A DNA stretch of 64,000 bases from Clostridia bacterium (lineage in GTDB: Bacteria > Bacillota > Clostridia > UMGS1883), in the NCBI GenBank assembly GCA_045656865.1, contig JAZOSB010000007.1, forward strand, positions 8,335 to 72,334. The letters run 5' to 3'. Made by a program: the position numbers and the translations under genes. Under the pieces are notes generated by a model. The model was not told the origin of the DNA and did no database searches. It worked only from the letters and a program-made list of their open reading frames with translations. Positions 8,731 to 18,611 of this stretch are shown here, piece after piece. Position 1 is the first letter of the stretch, and every line of letters starts with the position of its first letter.

Positions 8731-9930
8731 TTATTTCGATTCAGCAAGCATATTTTCAATAAATATCCCATACCCTCTTGTTGGATCATTTACAAGTACG
8801 TGTGTTACAGCACCGATTATTTTTCCGTTTTGAATAATGGGAGAGCCGCTCATTCCCTGAATAATTCCACCGGTTTTACTGAGAAGCTGAGGGTCAGTTA
8901 TCTCAATTGACAGACCTTTTGATGTTGCACCGTAGGGCATAGAACGGAGGATTTTTATTTCGTATTCCTTAGTTTCTCCGTCTATCGTAGAAAGGATAGT
9001 TGCATCTCCTGTCTTAACCTGACTCATTACGCCGATGGGGTAGGATTTTCCTGAAACATTACAATGGGAGGATATTTCACCGAAGATACCTGCTTCACAG
9101 TTCTTTTCAACTGTTCCCGAAATTTCGTCTGTGCCTGAAAAGCTTCCGCAGATTTGACCGGGAACACCCCGCTTGCCTTTTTTTACAGAAATGACGTGGC
9201 TTTTTTCTATACTTCCTGTTGCAACATCAAAGAGTATTCCTGTGTCACTGTCGCTGATTCCGTGCCCGAGTGCACCGTAGGAAAGATTTTCGGGATTTAC
9301 ATATGTCATTGTGCCGACACCTGCACTGCTGTCACGAACCCACAACCCGAGTTTAAGCTTGCCGTCACTGTCATCACGGACGGGATGCAGGCTGTATTCT
9401 TTGATTTCGTTTTGCCTTTTTACTGTAAGTATAACAGACTGTGTCAGGAGAGGTGGAACATCCTCGCTTGTTTTTGGTATTTTTCCGTTTATTTCAAGAA
9501 TTATATCTCCCGGAAGAAGCCCTGCATTTTGCGCGGGGGAAACTTCCTCTCCGTTACAAATTACAGGGGCAAGATTTGTGACAATCAGACCTTTATTATA
9601 AATTTTAAGCCCCACCAATTCTCCCGAAACCGTTAACGTCTGCGGCTTGGTGACATTTACCTTAATCTTTCGGAAAGGGATGTTGATTGCACTTAGCGTT
9701 GAGTCGTATGTTCCGCATTTAAGGGGAGTAAGGGTGCTTTCATTTGGAAAAGCACATACGCCCTCCGGCATACCGCTTACACTTACGCCCAGCCCGAGAT
9801 AACCGTTGTGGGCTTCACTTTCGTACATGGTTATTTCCTTAGGAAACGCAGATAATATATCTGCATATATAATTAATGCCGATAAGGTCACGGCAATAAG
9901 ACAACATAAACTTTTTTTGAAAATTTTCAT
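8731..9930 (-). CDS. spoIVB: Stage IV sporulation protein B, SpoIVB peptidase (S55) with PDZ domain
   Basis: Signal anchor, PDZ domain, S55 catalytic region (GTMTYVNPEN ... GHGISD ... GMSGSPI); AGGAGGG RBS. Confidence 0.9.
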   Translation of the reverse strand: MKIFKKSLCCLIAVTLSALIIYADILSAFPKEITMYESEAHNGYLGLGVSVSGMPEGVCAFPNESTLTPLKCGTYDSTLSAINIPFRKIKVNVTKPQTLTVSGELVGLKIYNKGLIVTNLAPVICNGEEVSPAQNAGLLPGDIILEINGKIPKTSEDVPPLLTQSVILTVKRQNEIKEYSLHPVRDDSDGKLKLGLWVRDSSAGVGTMTYVNPENLSYGALGHGISDSDTGILFDVATGSIEKSHVISVKKGKRGVPGQICGSFSGTDEISGTVEKNCEAGIFGEISSHCNVSGKSYPIGVMSQVKTGDATILSTIDGETKEYEIKILRSMPYGATSKGLSIEITDPQLLSKTGGIIQGMSGSPIIQNGKIIGAVTHVLVNDPTRGYGIFIENMLAESK

Positions 9931-9978
9931 AATTTTGCCCTCCTGAATTTATGTTGTCTTATTTTTCGGTTTGTTATG

Positions 9979-10788
9979 TTAGGAAATAAATTCTTTTAAA
10001 TTTTTAAATGTGTAGCCCTCTTTTTTTGCATAGTCAATGACATCACCCAAAGCATCGGCATTGCCTTTTGAAACAGCGTGAAGCAAAAGCACACAGCCGG
10101 GATGAATGTCGGAAGTGATTTTGGAAAATGCCTGCTCCTGTGTCACATTGTCAATCCAATCCACATACGCCTGCGACCAGAAAACATTTGTATATCCCAA
10201 ATCCTTTGTGATTGCCAAGGTTTTTTCGCTATATTCGCCTTTGGGAGGTCTAAAAAAAACGGACTTTTCACCGCAAATTCCGTATATTAGTCTGTCAAGT
10301 TCGAAAAGCTCATTTTTTAAAACTTCTATATCCTTGACGTTTGGCAGGGAAGGATGATTCACCGTGTGATTTCCAATAATGTGTCCCTCCTTTGCCATCC
10401 TTTTTATCAGGTCGGGGTTTTCTTTCACGTAGGGACCCGTTACAAAAAATGCTGCCGTTATCCCTTTTTCACGGAGTGTGTCCAGAATTATAGAGGTATA
10501 TCCGTTTTCATATCCCTCATCAAAGGTGAGGTATATGTTTTTTTCCTCAGTATTCTCCTTGTAAATGCATTGATATTTTTTCATTTGATTTTTTTGAACT
10601 TCGGTAAATTCGGGACCGTTTTCGGTTCTTCTGAAGCCCCATCCAATACATTTTTCTGAAAGGGAAGAGTAATTCTTGCCATCAACGGCGGAAGTCTCCT
10701 TCATTTTATGTACTGTACATCCGCTTAAAAATACAGTCAGGATTGTAATAATAGCAAGTGCTTTTTTCAATTCAATCAATCCTTTCAA
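9979..10788 (-). CDS. Polysaccharide deacetylase family lipoprotein (PdaA/PdaB-like, likely spore cortex related)
   Basis: NodB-domain motifs (TFDEGYENGYT ... NHTVNHPSL), lipoprotein signal LSGC; the only in-frame start is TTG with no clear SD, directly behind a hairpin. Confidence 0.75.
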   Translation of the reverse strand: MKGLIELKKALAIITILTVFLSGCTVHKMKETSAVDGKNYSSLSEKCIGWGFRRTENGPEFTEVQKNQMKKYQCIYKENTEEKNIYLTFDEGYENGYTSIILDTLREKGITAAFFVTGPYVKENPDLIKRMAKEGHIIGNHTVNHPSLPNVKDIEVLKNELFELDRLIYGICGEKSVFFRPPKGEYSEKTLAITKDLGYTNVFWSQAYVDWIDNVTQEQAFSKITSDIHPGCVLLLHAVSKGNADALGDVIDYAKKEGYTFKNLKEFIS

Positions 10789-10793
10789 ATAAA

Positions 10794-10827
10794 AATAGCA
10801 CTGTCAAAAGTGACAGTGCTATTTTAT
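10794..10827 (-). terminator. Rho-independent terminator downstream of secF
   Basis: AATAGCACTGTCA-aaag-TGACAGTGCTATT followed by a T-run on the minus strand. Confidence 0.6.
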
Positions 10828-10845
10828 TCATATTATATTGAAATA

Positions 10846-11730
10846 TTACCTGGATTTTTTTGTGCTGTTCTTCCATACTGCCCAAATGGGAGCTGCAAGG
10901 AAGAGTGAAGAATATGTTCCTGATACAATACCTACGATAATGGGAAGAGCAAATTCCTTTATAGAGTCAACACCCATCACATAGAGAACACAGATTGTGA
11001 GAAGTGTTGTAACAGAGGAGTTGATAGCTCTCCAATAAGAATTTGTGATTGCCTCGTCTGCAATATCGTTAACGGTAGTATTTCTCTTAGCAAGACGGCT
11101 GTTTTCACGAACACGGTCAAATACAATGATTGTAGCATTGATTGAGTAACCGAGAATTGTGAGGATTGCCGCAATAAAGCTTGTATTAACGGTGAACTGG
11201 AATACAGAATAGAAACCAAGCATTATGATAACGTCGTGAGCAAGAGCAATTACTGCACAAGTACCTGACTTGAAGTCGAAACGCCATGTGATGTAAAGAA
11301 GCATAAGAGCAACTGCAAGCACAATAGCCTTAAGAGAATCAGCAATAAGCCTCTTACTTACATTACCGTCAACCTTTTCAACCTCAGAAACGTGCTTCTG
11401 CTCAAGCTTGTATTCAGCCTTGATTGCTTCAACAATTTTCTGACTCTGTTCATTGGTAAGCTCGGTCGTTTTTATGGAAACACCGGTGTCTCCCATCTTT
11501 TGAACAACGATATCTTTAGCATCTGAGTTTTCTTTTACAAGCTCTGTAAGACGGGCTTCAACAGTCTTGTCGTACTTTGTGCCGTTAAGCTCAAAGCTGA
11601 GTGTAGAACCGCCTGTAAAGTCGATACCAAGGTTAAGTCCCTGAAATAAAAGGGAAACAATGCTGATAACTATAAGAACAGCGGAAAAAATGAAGAAAAT
11701 TTTGCTTTTTGATGTAGGTGATTTAATCAT
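10846..11730 (-). CDS. secF: Protein translocase subunit SecF
   Basis: 294 aa, 6-TM SecD/SecF family; 4-nt overlap with secD. Confidence 0.9.
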   Translation of the reverse strand: MIKSPTSKSKIFFIFSAVLIVISIVSLLFQGLNLGIDFTGGSTLSFELNGTKYDKTVEARLTELVKENSDAKDIVVQKMGDTGVSIKTTELTNEQSQKIVEAIKAEYKLEQKHVSEVEKVDGNVSKRLIADSLKAIVLAVALMLLYITWRFDFKSGTCAVIALAHDVIIMLGFYSVFQFTVNTSFIAAILTILGYSINATIIVFDRVRENSRLAKRNTTVNDIADEAITNSYWRAINSSVTTLLTICVLYVMGVDSIKEFALPIIVGIVSGTYSSLFLAAPIWAVWKNSTKKSR

Positions 11731-13040
11731 TTTTCAGCCCCCCTTTTTGATAAACCGTAGAACACGGGATTCTTAACACCGAAACCGACAATCTGCTTGA
11801 GTAAGAACTTTGTAAGTGTTACAGCGGTAAGCATACTGATAACAATACCAATGAAAAGTGTAACAGCAAAGCTCTTAACCGTACCTGTACCGAAGAAGTA
11901 AAGAACTACTGATGCAATAACGGTAGTGATGTTGGAGTCGATAATTGCTGTAAGGGCACGCTTGAAACCGCCGTTTACTGCCGCACCAACACTCTTTCCT
12001 GCACGAAGCTCATCCTTAATTCTTTCGAAAATAACAACGTTTGCGTCAACAGCCATACCGATTGACAGGATTACGCCGGCAATACCGGGAAGTGTAAGGA
12101 TTACAAATCTCCACTCGGGAACATAGAAGCCTGCCATAATGAGTGTAACGATTGAAACGTATGCTATAAGAGATACGCTTGCAACAAGACCGGGAAGTCT
12201 GTAAACGATAATCATAAACAGCATAACGAGAACGATACCGATAAGTGCTGCTACAAGAGAAGTATCAAGTGCCTTGTCACCGAGAGTAGGTCCGATGCTT
12301 CTTACTTCTGCATCCTTAAGGGAGAAGGGAAGCTGACCTGAAGTAATAAGCTCTGCAACGTACTGTGCCTGCTCCTGAGTATAGTCACCTGTCATAACAC
12401 AGGTGTCGCTGTCAATAACTTCCTGAACGGTGGGGGACATCTGAACTGCACCGTCAAGTGCAATAGCGATGATGTTCTTTCCTTCGCCTGCATTTACTGC
12501 ATTTGCAGTAGCTTCGGCAAATTTCTTTCTTCCTTCAGAAGTGAATGTAAGCTGTACATAATGTACGCTGTTACCATATTCTTCAATAGGGCCGTAGAAT
12601 GCAGTAGCTTTTTTGATGTTACCACGGGCATCCATAATAGATTTTCCGTCTGCATCAAGGAATTCAAGCTTTGCAGTAGCACCTATCATTTTAACAGCTG
12701 TCTGGGGGTCGTCAACACCGGGAATTTCAACACGGATACCTGTCTTGCCCTGACGGGTAAGAGTAGCCTCTGTAAACTTCTGGTCGTCAAGACGTTTGCG
12801 GATAATTGTTTCTGCCGCACCCATATCTTCATCAGTTACCGTAGAAAGGTCTTCTACATCAGGCTCAAATACTATAACTGAGCCGCCTACAAGGTCGAGT
12901 CCCTGTCTGATACCTCTTTCTTTGTCGAAGGTACTGGGAACTCTGAAACCACCGATTGTTACGTCAAATGCCGCTATATAAGCACAAGCAACAATTATAA
13001 CAACAACCAGTAAGAACGCAATTACATTTTTTGCTTTCAT
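11727..13040 (-). CDS. secD: Protein translocase subunit SecD
   Basis: SecD periplasmic domain and C-terminal 6-TM bundle; start at MKAKNV with AAGGAGGA RBS (the ORF track start at 13115 is read-through). Confidence 0.9.
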   Translation of the reverse strand: MKAKNVIAFLLVVVIIVACAYIAAFDVTIGGFRVPSTFDKERGIRQGLDLVGGSVIVFEPDVEDLSTVTDEDMGAAETIIRKRLDDQKFTEATLTRQGKTGIRVEIPGVDDPQTAVKMIGATAKLEFLDADGKSIMDARGNIKKATAFYGPIEEYGNSVHYVQLTFTSEGRKKFAEATANAVNAGEGKNIIAIALDGAVQMSPTVQEVIDSDTCVMTGDYTQEQAQYVAELITSGQLPFSLKDAEVRSIGPTLGDKALDTSLVAALIGIVLVMLFMIIVYRLPGLVASVSLIAYVSIVTLIMAGFYVPEWRFVILTLPGIAGVILSIGMAVDANVVIFERIKDELRAGKSVGAAVNGGFKRALTAIIDSNITTVIASVVLYFFGTGTVKSFAVTLFIGIVISMLTAVTLTKFLLKQIVGFGVKNPVFYGLSKRGAEK

Positions 13041-13128
13041 TATTGTTCCTCCTTTGTCATTATTTATATACCACAATAACATTACTATTATATCCGTAAA
13101 AGCGGAAATAGTCAATAGAAAAACGCAA

Positions 13129-13506
13129 TTATTTACTGTTTATTCCTAATACACCGCCTGCACCTCCGCACAAAACTCCTATGGGCAGGTTACGGAAAAA
13201 AAGGTTAGGGAAATTGCCTGATTTAAAGATAAAAAATCCGACTAAAGCTGCAGCAAAAAGGCATAACAATGATGCAATAACGCCGGTCATCAGCCCTTGA
13301 CCGGAGGACGCTCTTGCGCTGAAAAATGCACAGAGCAGTGCAGTTAAAAATATGCTGTAACGGCAAAAGGCATTAAGAAGCCAGCCTGCAGGGGGGAAGA
13401 ACGAGAAAATCAGACTGACTACTCCTAGAAACACAAGAGTTACCAAAAATGAAATCAAAACAGAAAGTATGTACTTTTTAAAAGAATGAATAGAAAATAT
13501 ATTCAT
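13129..13506 (-). CDS. Small hypothetical integral membrane protein (4 TM)
   Basis: 125 aa hydrophobic ORF between yajC and secD; its GGAGGTG RBS lies inside the upstream hairpin. Confidence 0.5.
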   Translation of the reverse strand: MNIFSIHSFKKYILSVLISFLVTLVFLGVVSLIFSFFPPAGWLLNAFCRYSIFLTALLCAFFSARASSGQGLMTGVIASLLCLFAAALVGFFIFKSGNFPNLFFRNLPIGVLCGGAGGVLGINSK

Positions 13507-13510
13507 AATA

Positions 13511-13544
13511 AAACACCTCCGAACTATAATATTCGGAGGTGTTT
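13511..13544 (-). terminator. Hairpin between yajC and the small membrane protein gene (attenuator/terminator-like; sequesters the downstream RBS)
   Basis: 13-bp stem AAACACCTCCGAA/TTCGGAGGTGTTT; on the minus-strand RNA the 3' arm contains the SD of the next gene. Confidence 0.45.
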
Positions 13545-13548
13545 TATA

Positions 13549-13881
13549 TTATTCGTGTATTGTGAGTACTGAGCTGATAGCCGCCTTCTGGAACTTGATA
13601 ACGGATTTTTCATTTCCGATACCTGTTTCAACAAGAACTTCGTCATCCTTGATTTTGGTGATTTTTCCTACAATACCGCCGACTGTAACAATTTTGTCAC
13701 CAACCTGAAGTCCTGCAAGCATTTCGCTGACTTTCTTCTGTTGCTTTTTCTGAGGTCTGATAATCAGAAAATAGAAAATCAGAATCATGGGCAGGAATGT
13801 AATAATAAGGCTTATTAAAGAAGCTCCTACTCCTCCTGCTGTATTTGCTGCTGCTGTTCCTTCTGCAAATGCTGTAATCAT
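13549..13881 (-). CDS. yajC: Preprotein translocase subunit YajC
   Basis: 110 aa, one N-terminal TM, YajC signature RPQKKQQKK...GDKIVTVGGIVGKI. Confidence 0.85.
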   Translation of the reverse strand: MITAFAEGTAAANTAGGVGASLISLIITFLPMILIFYFLIIRPQKKQQKKVSEMLAGLQVGDKIVTVGGIVGKITKIKDDEVLVETGIGNEKSVIKFQKAAISSVLTIHE

Positions 13882-13916
13882 AAAGCATCCACCTTTCTAA
13901 AATAATTATATATAAA

Positions 13917-14519
13917 TTAAATATTATACTCTTTTACGATAGCAAGGGTAATATTTCGTGCATTCTTTTTCCTGGCAGAACGCTTGGAAGCATCCTCCTC
14001 ATCGTCCACGATGGTAATGTATAGATCGGATGTTTCGAAAAATCCCATATCTTTTATATAGTCGTTATCACTAAGGGATACTGCATAAACTTTTCCTGTA
14101 TCATCTTTTAAAGTTATAAACTTTTCTAAATCTGTATCTGAAATAATAGTTCTCATATCAACAAGTATTGACTTGTCTTCAAATTCAGATAAGGTAGCAG
14201 AAGTGGTTATAATAATATCGCTGTCATTAGAGTTTCCCAATATTTCCATAACTTCATTGAGATTATTCTGCGTATCGTAAGTGTAGTTTGCAAGGGTTAT
14301 AAGCTTTTTATCGTCACCGTCGGCATCGTGAAGCAGGGCTTCCAGATAGTTTTTTCTGTCGTTGAAGTTCTGTACGTTGATGTACTCAGGACTTATATAG
14401 TTAATCACAAGGTCAGGTTCGCTTTTACGACAGGAAGTTATTGTAAATGTCAACACGCATACCGCAAAAAGCATAAAAAAGAAAATATGCCATTTGTAAT
14501 AATTCAAAAAGGCTCTCAT
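13917..14519 (-). CDS. Hypothetical lipoprotein
   Basis: Signal peptide with TSC lipobox, acidic soluble domain, no recognisable family. Confidence 0.45.
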   Translation of the reverse strand: MRAFLNYYKWHIFFFMLFAVCVLTFTITSCRKSEPDLVINYISPEYINVQNFNDRKNYLEALLHDADGDDKKLITLANYTYDTQNNLNEVMEILGNSNDSDIIITTSATLSEFEDKSILVDMRTIISDTDLEKFITLKDDTGKVYAVSLSDNDYIKDMGFFETSDLYITIVDDEEDASKRSARKKNARNITLAIVKEYNI

Positions 14520-14652
14520 ATAAATGTCACACTCCGCTAAAATAGTGAATAGAAAAATCAGTCATAGCATATTATATATCAAAAGTTTTCCTTTTACAAG
14601 CACTTTATCTAAAATTTTCAATGTGTTCACATTTGGGGAGGCACAAGATAAA

Positions 14653-15996
14653 ATGAAGCTTAGTGAAAAATACAATCTTTCTACGGCAGTTGCAATGGTG
14701 ATAGGCTCCGTTATCGGAAGCGGTGTGTTTTTTAAGGCGGAAACGGTTGCCCGCATAACCCACGGAAACGGAAGAACGGGGCTTATGGCGTGGAGCGTGG
14801 GCGGACTTAGTATGATGATCTGTCTTTTAAGCTTTTCGATAATTGTCTCCGAAACAAAAAAGTGCGGCGGATTGCAGGAAATCGGAGAAATTACGGCAGG
14901 GGAGGGGTACTCATATTATCTTGGTTGGTTTATGGCAACTATATACTATCCCGCTCTTACAAGCGTACTTTCGTGGCTGAGTGCAAGGTACACGCTGTTG
15001 GCAATGGGGATGGAGGACTCTGGTGGCGGATTGTGTATGCTTCTTGCAGGGCTTTTCCTTATAATAAGCTTTGCACAAAATTCGCTTTTTCCCAACCTGT
15101 CGGGAAATGTACAGAAGATAACAACTGTTATTAAGCTGATTCCCCTTATCCTGATGATAATATTGGGTATCAGAAAAGGTCTTTTATCAGGAAATCTGCA
15201 AATCAATATGATTCCTGTATATCAGTCAGGAACAAGAGAAAACACCTTTTTTGCTTCGGTGAGTGCAGTTATGTTTGCTTATGAAGGGTGGATTGCCGCC
15301 CTCAGTATCGGCAGAGAGCTTAAAAACAGCAGAAGGAATCTCCCGATAGCACTCGTTCTTGGAGGGGTATCGGTGCTTTTGGTTTACATTTTTTATTATC
15401 TGGGAATTATGGGTGCTGTATCATCCAGTATACTCCTTAATTACGGAAGTGGCGGGATAAAAATTGCATTTTCAAATATTTTGGGAAAAGCCTCAGGACT
15501 TCTGCTTGCTTTCGTGGCAATTTCGTGTATAGGTGCCTTAAACGGAATGATGTTCAGTTTAGGTCGGGCAGTGTATTCAATCGCAAAAAACGGTCAGGGC
15601 CCCTCTCCCAAACTTTTTTCTGAAATAAACACAGTAAGCGGTATGCCCGTGGCATCATTTTCATTAGGTCTCGTGTTTTCGGTTATGTGGCTGTTTTTCC
15701 TTTTTGGAACACAAATATCTGAGGATTCCCTTTTTGGAAATTTCGGGTTTGACATATCAGAAATTCCAGTAGTAACTGTTTACGGAATGTATATTCCTTT
15801 ATTTTTCTTGTTTTTAAAAAAATGGGGAAGAAAAATATCTCGATTAAAGCGGATAACTGTCAGTATGGGAATAGTCGCCTGTGTTTTTACTGCAATATGT
15901 GCAATATATGCCCATACTGCAGATATGTCAGATTATATTCTTGTCTTTGTTGCTATAATGCTTGCAGGAAGTCTGTTTAGAAAAAAGGCAGTGTAA
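14653..15996 (+). CDS. APC-family amino acid permease
   Basis: 12-TM protein with APC N-terminal motif (AVAMVIGSVIGSGVFF); start at MKLSEKY with GGGGAGG RBS (the ORF track start at 14524 is upstream read-through). Confidence 0.85.
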   Translation: MKLSEKYNLSTAVAMVIGSVIGSGVFFKAETVARITHGNGRTGLMAWSVGGLSMMICLLSFSIIVSETKKCGGLQEIGEITAGEGYSYYLGWFMATIYYPALTSVLSWLSARYTLLAMGMEDSGGGLCMLLAGLFLIISFAQNSLFPNLSGNVQKITTVIKLIPLILMIILGIRKGLLSGNLQINMIPVYQSGTRENTFFASVSAVMFAYEGWIAALSIGRELKNSRRNLPIALVLGGVSVLLVYIFYYLGIMGAVSSSILLNYGSGGIKIAFSNILGKASGLLLAFVAISCIGALNGMMFSLGRAVYSIAKNGQGPSPKLFSEINTVSGMPVASFSLGLVFSVMWLFFLFGTQISEDSLFGNFGFDISEIPVVTVYGMYIPLFFLFLKKWGRKISRLKRITVSMGIVACVFTAICAIYAHTADMSDYILVFVAIMLAGSLFRKKAV

Positions 15997-16020
15997 AAAA
16001 ATTTTTACACTGCCTTTTTG
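15987..16020. terminator. Bidirectional terminator after the permease gene
   Basis: 13-bp stem GGCAGTGTAAAAA/TTTTTACACTGCC followed by TTTTTG. Confidence 0.6.
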
Positions 16021-16047
16021 CATTCTGAGCTTTTTTACATCCCCGTT

Positions 16048-17184
16048 TTAATATAACCAACCTGAATTGGTATCCGCATTTATTGCGTCTGTTCCATAAA
16101 GGAACAATAACTCGTCAATGTCATTTTCCTTAATAAATTCACTTATAGGAAAGCGATAATATCTTAAATCTATCATATATACATTCTCATATTCGCAGGA
16201 CAGAAAGTTTGCGGTGCAGTGAGCGTAGGAATCCTTTATAACAAGAAGATTTTTTCCGCTTTTTGATTTGTTGGTGATTTTGGTAAGCGCATGGTTTCCG
16301 TCAGCAAATACGGGGTATTTATCGTCGTTTTTAAGATGCTCTCTGAAAAAGAAGCTGTTTTGAGTTTTTTCATATTCTTTTCCGTTTGATACGCTGACCT
16401 CCAAATCAAACTCCGAATGCCAAAGCTCTATATCCTCGCCCTTTGTCAGAAAATATCCGCTTGAAGCACGGGTTGTTCCGCAAAAATTCTTGTGCGTTTC
16501 TATGCTGAATTTTTCTTTGGCAAGTGGGCTTAGTCCTGCCTCTTTCATAAACTCAGAATAGAGTATATAACAGCCGTATGAACTAAGGTGGTGGTCTGTT
16601 TTGTAATAAACTGTATTTCCGTTTTCAAAGGCACTTTTAAGTGAATCCCGCACATCTGTCAGTTGCGTATTGGAGAGAAGTTCCTCTGTTTTTAAAAAAA
16701 TGTATTCATCACAGTAGAGGGCGTTTTTATCGGGAACAATTTCCGACATAACATATCCCGGAGAGGGGACAATAATCATTCTTGCAGGGAGGTTGATTTC
16801 TTTAGAGAAATCCTCAAAACGGGAAAGATTATTGATTGCATTTTTCTCGTTAAGGGGCTTGGGGGCATTGATAAGATAACCCTCACGGCACATATACACA
16901 TCTTCAAGAATGTTTCCGCCCTCGAGTAATTTCATATAAGAATTTGTACCTACAAAAAAGCTTCTTCCGAAAATTCTGTCCTCAAGATATTTTTCCGAAT
17001 TTTTAAGATATGTTGTATCAAGAAGCGTATTGACGGAAAACTGAGGCATTTTTGCAGTATAGCGTTTTTCGTTTTCAAGGTAGTTGGTTTTAGGTGCAGT
17101 TATAAGAGTCCCTATTGAAACAACACCTATAAACAACACGAAAACAAGAATTATTATTAAGCTCTTAATATTTTCTTTTTTCAT
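16048..17184 (-). CDS. DHHW-family protein (AlgX/AlgJ/PatB-like extracytoplasmic O-acetyltransferase partner)
   Basis: N-terminal signal anchor, conserved KTDHH(L) motif; adjacent to the MBOAT gene as in AlgI/AlgJ and PatA/PatB pairs. Confidence 0.8.
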   Translation of the reverse strand: MKKENIKSLIIILVFVLFIGVVSIGTLITAPKTNYLENEKRYTAKMPQFSVNTLLDTTYLKNSEKYLEDRIFGRSFFVGTNSYMKLLEGGNILEDVYMCREGYLINAPKPLNEKNAINNLSRFEDFSKEINLPARMIIVPSPGYVMSEIVPDKNALYCDEYIFLKTEELLSNTQLTDVRDSLKSAFENGNTVYYKTDHHLSSYGCYILYSEFMKEAGLSPLAKEKFSIETHKNFCGTTRASSGYFLTKGEDIELWHSEFDLEVSVSNGKEYEKTQNSFFFREHLKNDDKYPVFADGNHALTKITNKSKSGKNLLVIKDSYAHCTANFLSCEYENVYMIDLRYYRFPISEFIKENDIDELLFLYGTDAINADTNSGWLY

Positions 17185-17193
17185 AGTAACACC

Positions 17194-18582
17194 CTAAAAT
17201 CTGAAATAAAGGAAAGGATTGTAGCTTTCACTTACAAGTGATGCTGTGCAAAGCACAAGTGCAAGAATGACAAGGCACAGCTTTACGGGAAATTCTGCCC
17301 TCTTTCCTTTGAGTTTTTCATAAAGATTTGAAAATAGCGGGGTAGAAGCAATTGCACCTATGACAAGAAGCGGAAGCCAGGCAATATTTTGCGGATGAAC
17401 CCCTAAAAGTCCGTTTGCTTTTCCAAGCATTGCACAAATATACTCCCAAGCAGAGGAAAAGCTCTCCGATGCAAAGAATATCCATCCGACAATAACCACA
17501 AGTATTGTATAAATCCGTGAAACGAATTTGGGAAGCTTTTCAAAAAGCTTACTGAGTACAAGCTTTTCGGCAAGCAGAATTACTCCGTAATATATGCCCC
17601 AGCAAATAAAGTTAAGCCCTGCTCCGTGCCAGAGTCCTGTAAGTGACCATACTATCATTATGTTGAGTACAAAACGGAGCTTTTTGACTCTGTTTCCCCC
17701 AAGGGGTATGTAAACGTAATCACGGAACCATGTGCTGAGAGATATGTGCCATCTTCTCCAGAAATCGGTGACAGTTTCTGCAATGTAGGGATAATTGAAG
17801 TTTTTGCAGAATTCAAATCCCATCATTCGTCCAAGACCGCGTGCCATATCAGAATAGCCTGCAAAGTCAAAATATAACTGGAATGTATATGCCAGAGCAC
17901 CAAGCCACGCACCGAGAACACCAAATTCATTCGGCGCAACACTTACCGACATCCACAAAGCACCGAAACGGTTTGCAAGGAGAATTTTTTTTGATAAGCC
18001 TATAAGAAAGAGGTAGATACCGCTTTCAAAATTTTTCAGGGATTCCTTTCTGCCTTCTAATTGGTCGCTTACATCACTGTATCTTACGATAGGGCCTGCA
18101 ATAAGCTGTGGAAAGAGTGAAATATATGCGGCAAAATCTATGATATTTCTTTCCGGCTTACAGGTTTTGCGGTATACATCAATAACATAGCTCATTGCCT
18201 GGAATGTGTAGAATGAAATTCCGATAGGGAGCATAACCTCATACACGGGTATCTGGTGGAGATAGGGAAGCTTTCTTAGTAAATCCAGTACCATACCTGT
18301 GTATTTGAAATATCCGAGTGCCGCCAAATTGAGCACAACAAAGACAGCAAGCAAAAGCTTTCTTTGCCTGCTGTCTTTACTTTTTTCTATAACGAGAGCG
18401 CCTGCGTAATTAAGGACAATTGACGCAATCATCAAAAGCACATAAACAGGCTCTCCATATGCGTAAAATACAAGGTTAACCGCCAGAAGGAACAGATTTC
18501 TCACCTTTTTGGGGAGTATATGATACAAAATCAGTACTGCAGGCAGAAATATGAACAAAAACGGTATACTTGAAAAAACCAT
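17194..18582 (-). CDS. MBOAT-family membrane-bound O-acyltransferase (AlgI/DltB/PatA-like)
   Basis: 462 aa polytopic protein with MBOAT signature including the conserved His (WRRWHISLSTWFRDYVYIPLGG). Confidence 0.9.
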   Translation of the reverse strand: MVFSSIPFLFIFLPAVLILYHILPKKVRNLFLLAVNLVFYAYGEPVYVLLMIASIVLNYAGALVIEKSKDSRQRKLLLAVFVVLNLAALGYFKYTGMVLDLLRKLPYLHQIPVYEVMLPIGISFYTFQAMSYVIDVYRKTCKPERNIIDFAAYISLFPQLIAGPIVRYSDVSDQLEGRKESLKNFESGIYLFLIGLSKKILLANRFGALWMSVSVAPNEFGVLGAWLGALAYTFQLYFDFAGYSDMARGLGRMMGFEFCKNFNYPYIAETVTDFWRRWHISLSTWFRDYVYIPLGGNRVKKLRFVLNIMIVWSLTGLWHGAGLNFICWGIYYGVILLAEKLVLSKLFEKLPKFVSRIYTILVVIVGWIFFASESFSSAWEYICAMLGKANGLLGVHPQNIAWLPLLVIGAIASTPLFSNLYEKLKGKRAEFPVKLCLVILALVLCTASLVSESYNPFLYFRF

Positions 18583-18611
18583 CAGGAAACATTCCTTTCA
18601 AAGGGAAGCTT

